Shown here: positions 8,593 to 17,174 of the stretch, piece by piece
How positions within the stretch are numbered: position 1 is the stretch's first letter
How the letters are laid out: each line of letters begins with the position of its first letter
Assembly (NCBI GenBank): GCA_965217895.1
Contig: CBDCJV010000002.1
Coordinates: 2,656,001-2,720,000 of the forward strand
Direction: 5' to 3'
From: Waterburya sp.
GTDB taxonomy: Bacteria; Cyanobacteriota; Cyanobacteriia; Cyanobacteriales; Xenococcaceae
Length of the DNA: 64,000 bases
Notes under the pieces: model-generated
Database searches by the model: none
What the model saw: only the letters and a program-made list of their open reading frames with translations
What the model was told of the DNA's origin: nothing
Made by a program: the position numbers and the translations under genes

Positions 8593-11500
8593 CTAAAATT
8601 GCTTTTGATATCTGATTTTGACTTCATTAAAAAAGTAATCGTAGGTAGCATTAACCGAAGAATCATCATTCAGTTGATAAGTTCCTTCCACTGCTGGATA
8701 AACTCGCAAATAATCTAAGCCGATTTTTTCGCCAATGTTGTTAATAGTCTTGTCGGCAAAATTAAAGATTTCTCGTTCGATGGGTGTAAAGATAAACTGG
8801 GTTACGCCAAATTCTAATAGCTGTTCTTCATTACTATCCTGTAATTGTTCGGCTAAACCGATAAATCTGTTACCCAATAAAGATAAAATTGCGCCTTGGC
8901 TACGAGGAGGATTACTTTCTAGATTTACGGCGGGGGAGTTTAATAACTCTTTAACCGTTCCTTCTTCAAAAGCATTGAAGTTAACGCATTCTGCTAGCTG
9001 ATTTAATTCAGTTTTAGTATAAATCTCATCGGCAAACAGAGGTTCTAAAGGTGGTTCGATGCGACAATTGGCTGGATCTTCATTAATGCGAGGAATTATT
9101 TGTTCTGTCTCGCCTTCTATTGCCAAAATAACGTTAACGATTTCATTTCTGCCAGCTTGAGAAATAGGATCGGGTATTTCATTATCATCGACTACACCTA
9201 GGTCGATATTATCCAAGTCTGACACTTCTGTTTGCAATCTTACATCTACAAAAGGATTAAGAATAGTTTTCTTGGGATCGAAGACAATAGTATTTTCATA
9301 GTCTTGCTTTAGATTAAATTGATTACTAACAAAATCCACATCACCCTGTTGTACTTGCAGCGTACCATCAGCCTTTATTTCTGGTATATTATTGGCTGCA
9401 CCATTCAAAATTAGATCGCCATTAACTACGAATTTGTATAAGGGTGTTTGTTGAAATTTAAAATCTGCTAGAACTACCTCAAAGTCTGTTAATTGAGGCT
9501 TAAAAGCACTTTCAGGATCGGTATCAGCGATCGCATTGTTTAAATCTGCTATTTCTTCTTCATCGTCTTCAGGTATAAATCCTTGACCATCAAATAGCTC
9601 AACTTTTCCCGCAATTAAGGGACTAAAAGCATCTCCTGTAATAATTACTTCTCCCTCAATACCACCTTTATATAATTGGTCGAGATCTATTTCGCTTTTA
9701 TAAATAGTTAGAGTCAGCGGATCGTTAATATTTTTCGGTTCGAGTAAAGGTAAGACTCCCGAAGCTGAGATATTACTTTTGGCAAGTGTTCCTGCTAATT
9801 GTTCTACCTGTAGTAATCCCTCGTCTAAAACGATTTTGCCAGTAACATCGAGGGGTTCGGTAAAAGCAGCAGTTTTAAGTAAAGTCTTGTTGAGAGTAAT
9901 ATTCCCTACGGCATCAAGATCTTGAAAAATAAAGTCTTGATTTAAATCTAAACGCGCATTAGCATTTAGAGTAATATCTGCGTCGCCGCCGATAAATTCA
10001 ATCGCACCATTGGTAAAGCCATCAATTAAAGCTATTCCACCTTCATCTAGATCGGCGGTTAAACTTACGAAGTCATTTCCTGGTTTAATGGGAAAGGGAA
10101 TACTAGCCTGAATTTGAGCCGAAGGAGTTTCGGTAGTGTCTAATTCTAATCGAGCATTATTATAAACGTATTTTCCTGTTATCTGCGGTAAATTGCGATC
10201 GCTTAATCTTCCGTTGGTTAAGGCAACGTCTCCGACAAGTTTGGGAGTTGGTAGGCTTTGACTAGCTTTCCCAGTCGTGCTAATTCTACCAGCTAGATCG
10301 AAGGGAATATCTATGAAATTGTCGATCGCATCTATAGGTAAATCTTGAATCTTATAGTCTGCCGTTACCTGTTCGCCTTTTAGTTTTCCCTCTAATGCCA
10401 CGACAGCCTGCGCCCCTTGAACTAAGAGAGAATCGAGAGTAATCGCCTGATTATTATAATTCCCTTCTACTAATAGTTTGTTAATTGCAACTATCCCTGG
10501 TTGTCGAGGAATCTCAAAGACAACGTTTCTGCTAGTATCCCAAAGCCAATCATCGCCAGATATTTTCCACGCTACGTTAGGAGAATCTAAGCTACCTGCG
10601 ATCGCAATTTCTCCTGTGTATGCGCCTTTAATATCTAACGGCGTCGCTAACAGATCTGAATCTTCAGCCACTTCCTGTAGTCGTTCGGTAACTATTACCA
10701 GTAGCTTTAGTAGATCGCCAACTCTGGCATCTTTGTCCCCTACTTCCAGGGTTGATAAAGCCTCTGCTTTGGCTAAATCTGGAGTCTTAAATAGTTCTGT
10801 TACTCTTTTGATGTCGTACCAACCAAAAGTAGAAATTAAATCCTGAATGTATGCTTGAGGAATATCTAGTTCCCCTGTTATTTCTTGAGTCTGTAGATTA
10901 TACTCACCCTCTAGATTATAGATACTTTCTCCAAATTTTAAAGTAGCAGAATCTAATCTGGCTAAATTTTGTTCGGGACTATAGGCAAAATCAGCGGCGA
11001 TCGCTTCGCCGTCAATATAACCGACACTGGGTTTAATGACTCGCACTTTGGCAGTAGTGGCGAAGGTAAACAAGTTAATCAATGCTTTTCCGGTAACTTC
11101 ACCTTTTAAGGCTTTGGTGAAGCCTAAATTAGCTGCGGGACTTATATTGAGTAAGGACAGAGGAAAGTTTTTAACATCTACATCTAAAAATTCTCCTTCT
11201 CGGTTGGCAATTGCGACAATGGGTTCGGGTGTTTTTTCTCCCTGACGTAATCTAATGGAAGTGGGTAGATAAGCAAAAGGACATTGTTCTTTCTGACAGG
11301 GTTCAAACTCAGCAGCAATTACATCCTGTTGTCCCTCAAGATTAATTGATAGTTCTTCTCCTGGTGATATATTTACCGTTCCTGATAAAATGCGATCAAA
11401 TGCGGTATTAGCTACAGCAAAATCCTCTAGCTGTAAGTCTCCTGTCAAATCTAAGTTATTGGGGGTAGAAAGTAAATCTTGTCCCTGCAAAAGTCCATTG

Positions 11501-13683
11501 AAACTAGCATTACCTGCTAGGTTAAAGTTTTTTGCTAAAAACTGATTGTTGGTAGCTAGATTATTAAGTAATTGCTTGGGTAGAGTACCTAAATTAGAAT
11601 CAGCCTGTATATTTAGATCGACATTGGCATCGAGGCTAGTAGCCAAGTCAGTTAAGAATATCTCTCCCTTGGCGTTTAAAGACTGTTCTTCCAGCTGAAC
11701 CGCAATATTATTCGCATCAATTGCAATTGTTTTTTCTATTGATTCCAAATTTGCCGAAAAGTTAACTTGAGCATCTACGGGTTCAGAGACAACCCCTGTT
11801 ATAAAATCGTTTACAGGTACATCAATGGCGTTGGCTTTAACATTAAGATTGCCAGAATTTATATCGCTTCTAACGAAAACATCTCCGCTACCCACGTCGA
11901 GGTTTAGATTAGCAACGCCGTCAAGGGTATCTAATGAAGGAGTTGATTTTCCGTTCAATCTAACCGTACCTTCTTCTAGAGTAATTGGTTCTTCTAACTT
12001 TAACTGTTTTGATAATGGTTGCAAAAAAGGATTCAGAGGAACGTTATTGGCGTTTAAAATAGCTTGCCAATTATTATTAGCTAAATTACCAGTACCGCTA
12101 AGATTTATATTTCCTGAATCTATTTCTAACTTGGTGTCCCGCACCGTTAAAATAGAATTATTGAATAAAACTGACCCACTCCCAGAAACATCAGTTTTGG
12201 CTGAAGTAGTAACAGTTGGTGCTTGCCAATCAACTAATACCTTTGGTTTGGCTACCGTACCGTCTACTTTGGTGATCGCAGTTACAGTATCAACATTAAA
12301 CGGTACAGAATTGACATAGTAAGGCTTGAGCAGTTCTTCTGCTGGTAACTTCGCCTGAAACTGGAGGGATAGCGGTGTCGGATCTCCGCTAATCTTGTTT
12401 GAGTTACTCCCAATCAAGCCTCCTCCCGTAATTTCTCCCCCTGCTGCGGGAATGATGCTCAAATTTTCGATAACAACCTTGTCTAAACTAGCCGTTAGTT
12501 CTGCTTCTACTTCGTCTAACTTGGTTTTGGCAACCATAACAGGTTGAGTATTACTAACTGTGCCTTTCAATAGTGGTTCAGTTATTGCACCTGTCAACTG
12601 CAAATTAACTTTAATTTTTCCTGCAACATCTACTGGTGAATCTGCTGGTACAATATTAAGCAGGTTATTTACAGCAAAAGGCGGGACAACTATATTTAGG
12701 TCATAACCAGTTTTCCAGTTGATTCGTCCATCTACCCTAGCAACAATATTACCAATGCTAGCCTGAGTCTTATTGATCTTAACTCGATCGCCATTGAAGT
12801 TTAAACGCGATCGCGCCTTAACTGGCTTTTCTAACTGTTTGGCTTTAGCCTTTACCTGTTGCAAACTCAACGTTCCTCGAACTTGAGTATTGTTTATCTC
12901 TGCCAAGGAAGCAATGTTTAAATCCAAGTTGGCGTTTAACTCACCTTTTAGTAGATCTACAGGTAAATCCCTTGGCAATAAGGGTATAACTTTTGGTAGA
13001 GACAAGTCTTGCACCAAAATTTGTGTTTTTGTCTTTCCTGTTTCGATAGAAGTTTTTCCTTCAGCCTTGACTACACCATCGCCAACTTTAGTATCCAAAT
13101 CGTAGCGAATATACTGGGGTTGAGTTTGATCATAATTAACCTCACCGTTTAGCTTCAGGTTAATAGAATCTTGTCGATCGTTCGGCAGTAATGCTAGTTC
13201 TCCTGATTCAACTAAAACATTAACATCAAAATCAATTGGCAATCCTCCCTCTTCTGATGAACTAGAAGGTAATTCCAACCACGTACCGTTTTTATCCTCT
13301 TCTAAGTAAAGATTGGGATCGACTAAGGTAACTTCTAAGGGCAAAACTTGACGAAATATAACAGGTAAAATATTAAACCCAACCTCAACCCGATCTATAA
13401 CTGCATAGTCAGGATCGTCATCATTAACTGAAATAGTAGACTCACCAAAGGTAATGCGGTTCAAAGAGAAACTTTCTACTTCTCCCAGGTCAATCGGACG
13501 TTCGAAAGTTTTACTCAACTGCTGTTCTAGAAAAGGCGGGAGTTTTTCCGTGACTAACCATCTTATTCCCACATATCCTATTACACCACAGGCTACTGCA
13601 ATACTCCCCACAACAATAGTTGAAGGCTTTTTAAAAATATGCCACCAGCGTTTTAAATCAGAATTACTTTGCTCTTGCGTCAT
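8593..13683 (-). CDS. tamB: translocation/assembly module TamB-like protein
   Basis: About 1700 aa, N-terminal TM anchor, long beta-rich repeats, C-terminal LESNPPRSQGAILSLLG and IRYQKQF end. Confidence 0.8.
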   Translation of the reverse strand: MTQEQSNSDLKRWWHIFKKPSTIVVGSIAVACGVIGYVGIRWLVTEKLPPFLEQQLSKTFERPIDLGEVESFSLNRITFGESTISVNDDDPDYAVIDRVEVGFNILPVIFRQVLPLEVTLVDPNLYLEEDKNGTWLELPSSSSEEGGLPIDFDVNVLVESGELALLPNDRQDSINLKLNGEVNYDQTQPQYIRYDLDTKVGDGVVKAEGKTSIETGKTKTQILVQDLSLPKVIPLLPRDLPVDLLKGELNANLDLNIASLAEINNTQVRGTLSLQQVKAKAKQLEKPVKARSRLNFNGDRVKINKTQASIGNIVARVDGRINWKTGYDLNIVVPPFAVNNLLNIVPADSPVDVAGKIKVNLQLTGAITEPLLKGTVSNTQPVMVAKTKLDEVEAELTASLDKVVIENLSIIPAAGGEITGGGLIGSNSNKISGDPTPLSLQFQAKLPAEELLKPYYVNSVPFNVDTVTAITKVDGTVAKPKVLVDWQAPTVTTSAKTDVSGSGSVLFNNSILTVRDTKLEIDSGNINLSGTGNLANNNWQAILNANNVPLNPFLQPLSKQLKLEEPITLEEGTVRLNGKSTPSLDTLDGVANLNLDVGSGDVFVRSDINSGNLNVKANAIDVPVNDFITGVVSEPVDAQVNFSANLESIEKTIAIDANNIAVQLEEQSLNAKGEIFLTDLATSLDANVDLNIQADSNLGTLPKQLLNNLATNNQFLAKNFNLAGNASFNGLLQGQDLLSTPNNLDLTGDLQLEDFAVANTAFDRILSGTVNISPGEELSINLEGQQDVIAAEFEPCQKEQCPFAYLPTSIRLRQGEKTPEPIVAIANREGEFLDVDVKNFPLSLLNISPAANLGFTKALKGEVTGKALINLFTFATTAKVRVIKPSVGYIDGEAIAADFAYSPEQNLARLDSATLKFGESIYNLEGEYNLQTQEITGELDIPQAYIQDLISTFGWYDIKRVTELFKTPDLAKAEALSTLEVGDKDARVGDLLKLLVIVTERLQEVAEDSDLLATPLDIKGAYTGEIAIAGSLDSPNVAWKISGDDWLWDTSRNVVFEIPRQPGIVAINKLLVEGNYNNQAITLDSLLVQGAQAVVALEGKLKGEQVTADYKIQDLPIDAIDNFIDIPFDLAGRISTTGKASQSLPTPKLVGDVALTNGRLSDRNLPQITGKYVYNNARLELDTTETPSAQIQASIPFPIKPGNDFVSLTADLDEGGIALIDGFTNGAIEFIGGDADITLNANARLDLNQDFIFQDLDAVGNITLNKTLLKTAAFTEPLDVTGKIVLDEGLLQVEQLAGTLAKSNISASGVLPLLEPKNINDPLTLTIYKSEIDLDQLYKGGIEGEVIITGDAFSPLIAGKVELFDGQGFIPEDDEEEIADLNNAIADTDPESAFKPQLTDFEVVLADFKFQQTPLYKFVVNGDLILNGAANNIPEIKADGTLQVQQGDVDFVSNQFNLKQDYENTIVFDPKKTILNPFVDVRLQTEVSDLDNIDLGVVDDNEIPDPISQAGRNEIVNVILAIEGETEQIIPRINEDPANCRIEPPLEPLFADEIYTKTELNQLAECVNFNAFEEGTVKELLNSPAVNLESNPPRSQGAILSLLGNRFIGLAEQLQDSNEEQLLEFGVTQFIFTPIEREIFNFADKTINNIGEKIGLDYLRVYPAVEGTYQLNDDSSVNATYDYFFNEVKIRYQKQF

Positions 13684-13857
13684 TACCTCACGATCCAAAA
13701 TAATCGAACTATTGGATCGACAATACAAGTTTGAGTCACAACAACATTCTGGCTAAATATGGAATTACTTCCTAATATTGATCGCTGCTAACTTCATTTA
13801 TTTTAAAATTGGGTCAATTAGACTGAGATTTGAAGCTTTATTAAACTATGGATTAGA

Positions 13858-14670
13858 CTATGGACTTACATCAACATCAACATTGCTTGGATCGACATCG
13901 GTGGGAGAAATCTTTTCAACTATTAATACAGCAGTTTCCCCAGATTCATTTTCTGATTCGTTAGTGGCATATACGCTCAGATCTTGGTCATATCCATACT
14001 CTTGTGCTAATTGTTTTTGGTCGTAAGCACGAACTTGACCCTCAATTAGTATATCGGCACCGCTTTCTGGCATGGGTTCATCTGTTGTATTTAGCACCAG
14101 TAAATTCTTGTCACTCGTCAAAGAAAACTCTTTTAGGGTGAAAGCATTTTCGTCCAACACATCTGCTACCTTTCCCGATACCGCCACGTCTTTGTCGTAG
14201 AAATTGGCTGGAGTTTCTACAACCTCTACGGGATCGGGAGCAAGAACAATTGAGTCGGCATAAATAGCAGGCTTATTCCCTACCTCGTCCGCAATGCCTT
14301 CAGGAACATCTACTGGTGTACCTTCATAATATTCCTCAGTACCTACCGTGTCTACTTTTCCGGTAATCCGTAAGGAAATATTCTCCTCTGGTAATTCTGG
14401 CAGAGGTTCATCAGATTCGTTGATAATTAAAACGCGATCGCTACCAAAATAATTATCAGCTTCTAGGGTAAAAGTATTGTCGTCCTTAAGCTCGTCCATT
14501 GTTCCCGTAATAGTTACGGTTTTGCCAATCCAATTATCGGTATTATCGATAATTTCTTCCATCGTTGCATTGCCTTCAGCAGATTGGGCTACCGCCTGTT
14601 TGCTGCTATCTACCTCCAAAGGAAGCAACAACGCCAAGCTGAATAAACACCAAAATATTGAATATTTCAT
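13858..14670 (-). CDS. acidic exported protein with duplicated domain; paralog of 4119-4919
   Basis: Signal peptide; GKTVTITG../DKDVAVSG.. repeats; NKPAIYADSIVLAP matches NKPVIFAESMTLSP. Confidence 0.75.
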   Translation of the reverse strand: MKYSIFWCLFSLALLLPLEVDSSKQAVAQSAEGNATMEEIIDNTDNWIGKTVTITGTMDELKDDNTFTLEADNYFGSDRVLIINESDEPLPELPEENISLRITGKVDTVGTEEYYEGTPVDVPEGIADEVGNKPAIYADSIVLAPDPVEVVETPANFYDKDVAVSGKVADVLDENAFTLKEFSLTSDKNLLVLNTTDEPMPESGADILIEGQVRAYDQKQLAQEYGYDQDLSVYATNESENESGETAVLIVEKISPTDVDPSNVDVDVSP

Positions 14671-14747
14671 AATTATCAACAACTTTTATTTTTACTCTAT
14701 ACAATTTATAGTTGCTATATAATCTATTTTTTTTGCTTCGTTGAGCT

Positions 14748-14763
14748 TCCTTCTAAGGTTAGA
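14748..14763. promoter_or_regulatory. TCT-N2-CT-N2-AG-N2-AGA palindrome, candidate activator site
   Basis: TCCTTCTAAGGTTAGA (8/10); minus-strand TAGATT at 14721-14726, 21 nt away. Confidence 0.4.
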
Positions 14764-14870
14764 TATGTACAATAAAGCATACCTATTTTAGTTATGGTCA
14801 AAATAGAAAAGCGGAGTTGGAAAATAACAGTTGATAGTTTTATGGCATATTTAGCGTAAAAACAAAGTTG

Positions 14871-14886
14871 TAGTCCTAAAGAAAGA
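14871..14886. promoter_or_regulatory. TCT-N2-CT-N2-AG-N2-AGA palindrome, candidate activator site upstream of mscS
   Basis: TAGTCCTAAAGAAAGA (8/10); TAGCCT at 14909-14914, 22 nt away. Confidence 0.35.
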
Positions 14887-14975
14887 GTTGTAACGATTGA
14901 GATTTTGTTAGCCTACGATAGCAGATTGTTCGCTAATATTAGTTTTTAGAGTGGGTAGCATTAAAATTATTTAAA

Positions 14976-16106
14976 ATGTCATTACAATTTCTACAAAAAC
15001 AATTTTTCAGTAATCAAATTTCTGATTATCTAATTGCTTTAGCAGTTTTAGTTGCAGGCAGTATAGTTGCCAGACTATTATGTCGCTTTATCTTTCAACG
15101 CTTAAAAAAGTGGGCGGATAAAACTCCAACATCTTTAGACAATCGCTTAATTGCAATTATTGAAACTCATTCAACTCCTATTATTTATTTAGGCAGTTTT
15201 TATCTGGCTATATCTAATCTGGCTCTCCATCCAATATTAGATAAAGTTGTCAACGCGATCTTAATTATTTTGGCGACAATTATTGGAGTTAGATTAATTA
15301 ATTCTTTAGTTAAATATCTACTGCGATTATACTGGATAACTCACAGTCGTAATAATTCAAACTTTGAACTAACTATCAATGCTATTTTACCAGCCATTAG
15401 AACAATAGTTTGGGTAATTGGCTTACTTTTTGTTTTGGATAACTTAGGCTTTAATATTTCAGCGGTAATAGCTAGTTTAGGTATTGGCGGAGTTGCAGTT
15501 GCTTTAGCTTCTCAAGGAATATTACAGGATTTATTTAGCTATTTTGCCATCTTACTTGATCGCCCTTTTGAACTCGGCGACTTTATTATTGTTGGTGACT
15601 ATATGGGTGATGTGGAATATGTCGGAATTAAAACCACTAGGCTAAAAAGTATTGATGGTGAAGAGATAATTATTGCTAATACCGATCTGACAGGTTCGCG
15701 AATTCGCAACTTTAAGCGAATGAGACAAAGACGAATAGTCTTTGACTTTGGCGTAGTTTATGAAACTCATAGCAATCAGTTAACTGCTATTCCTTCAATA
15801 GTAGAAAATATTATTCGACAAACAAAAAACACCACATTTGATCGCGCTCATTTTCTCGCTTATGGAGATTTTAGCCTTAATTTTGAAGTGGCTTATCTAA
15901 TTAATAGCAATGATTACGATCTTTACATGGATGCTCAACAACAAATCAATTTTCAATTAAAGCAAGAATTTGACAGAAAAGGAATTCAATTTGCTTATCC
16001 AACCCAGATAAGTTATTTACGTTCTTCCGCAACTTCTGATGATCGAAATACTAGTAATGCTAATTCAAATAATTTGAATCATTTGCAAGATATACACAGC
16101 AGATAA
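14976..16106 (+). CDS. MscS family mechanosensitive channel
   Basis: ASLGIGGVAVALASQ, DRPFELGDFI, VEYVGIKTTRL, GIQFAYP. Confidence 0.9.
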   Translation: MSLQFLQKQFFSNQISDYLIALAVLVAGSIVARLLCRFIFQRLKKWADKTPTSLDNRLIAIIETHSTPIIYLGSFYLAISNLALHPILDKVVNAILIILATIIGVRLINSLVKYLLRLYWITHSRNNSNFELTINAILPAIRTIVWVIGLLFVLDNLGFNISAVIASLGIGGVAVALASQGILQDLFSYFAILLDRPFELGDFIIVGDYMGDVEYVGIKTTRLKSIDGEEIIIANTDLTGSRIRNFKRMRQRRIVFDFGVVYETHSNQLTAIPSIVENIIRQTKNTTFDRAHFLAYGDFSLNFEVAYLINSNDYDLYMDAQQQINFQLKQEFDRKGIQFAYPTQISYLRSSATSDDRNTSNANSNNLNHLQDIHSR

Positions 16107-16111
16107 TGAAC

Positions 16112-16230
16112 TAAGCTGTTAAGTATTTAATTGGCTTGTTGAGATTAATGCGGAGACGAGGAGACTGGGAGAGGGTTTAACGGTTTGTTTTCTAATTTAA
16201 AAAGATGCAGTTTAAATGCACATCAGCTTA
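16112..16230. mobile_element. MITE-like element with TAAGCTG..CAGCTTA ends
   Basis: Imperfect TIRs TAAGCTGTTAAGTATTTAATTG / CAGTTTAAATGCACATCAGCTTA; purine-rich interior. Confidence 0.5.
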
Positions 16231-16406
16231 TCTCTCTTCTGTCAAAGTCGGTTAAACCCTCTATTTCTCGTTGGCTAAAATGGCGCAAATTCGTTAAATT
16301 ATCCTAGAGTGACAGAAGAGAGTTATACCGATCCAAAACTGCTGTTTACGTAGAGCGATCGCATATGATATATCTACGGTGATATGCGATCGCCATTTAG
16401 GTAAAA

Positions 16407-16554
16407 CTATTTCTTCTCAACTACAGTCTGATTATCAGTGTCAATCGCTAATTCTTCTTTACGTAGGGTTTCGGATGTTTCAACCGTGTCATGCTCTACT
16501 TGTTTATGAACGCTCACTTCTTCTCTAATCACTGCTTGCTTTTCTATATTTATA
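16407..16554 (-). pseudogene. C-terminal remnant of DUF2382 (YsnF/AvaK-like) protein
   Basis: Reads INIEKQAVIREEVSVHKQVEHDTVETSETLRKEELAIDTDNQTVVEKK*, with an in-frame stop just upstream and no start. Confidence 0.7.
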
Positions 16555-16623
16555 GATTACGCAAAAATAAAAGCTAAGAGATAAACTTAAAATTGAGATA
16601 AAAGTAAGTTTCGCCGTCCACCA

Positions 16624-17088
16624 CTATAGCTGCTTAACCATTTTTACATGAGAGATATTAGCTTCATCAAATTCTTTGCCTACTATTTCAAATCCTAGCT
16701 GTTGATATAGCTGGGCGATATAGACTTGAGCATGAACTATTGCTTGGGACTTGTTTTGCAGCGAGATAGTTTCTAAAGCTATTATCATCAGCTTTTTGCC
16801 AATACCCTGCTTTCTTGCTTCTGGTAAAACTGCTAGCCTTTCAACTTTGGCTGCATTATAGTTAACTTCTCTAATTCTGGCTGTTCCTACCGCTTTGTTG
16901 TTCCAGTATGCCAAAAAATGGGTTGCATCTCGATCTAATCCATCAAACTCTAACTCAGATGAAACTCCTTGTTCTTCTTGAAATACTGTAGTTCTGATAT
17001 TTTTGATTGCTTCTATTGCGTCTTGATATACTACAGTTTCAATCTTGATTGAACCTTTGCCCTGAGCAAATTCATTTTCGTTCATCAT
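16624..17088 (-). CDS. GNAT N-acetyltransferase (ElaA/YjcF-like)
   Basis: IRTTVFQEEQGV, EFDGLD, KVERLAVLPEARKQGIGKKL, HAQ, YQQLGF; start moved to avoid overlap with 17175. Confidence 0.85.
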   Translation of the reverse strand: MMNENEFAQGKGSIKIETVVYQDAIEAIKNIRTTVFQEEQGVSSELEFDGLDRDATHFLAYWNNKAVGTARIREVNYNAAKVERLAVLPEARKQGIGKKLMIIALETISLQNKSQAIVHAQVYIAQLYQQLGFEIVGKEFDEANISHVKMVKQL

Positions 17089-17174
17089 TATAGATAATCT
17101 CAAAATTAGTGCGATCGCAATACCTATAGAGTAGGTCAAATAGCGTAGACTAAAAAAGCTAACGGCTAAAAAAA

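Noticed and set aside
8503..13756. Several plus-strand ORFs opposite tamB, and similar antisense ORFs elsewhere
   Set aside because: Shadow frames of well-supported genes.
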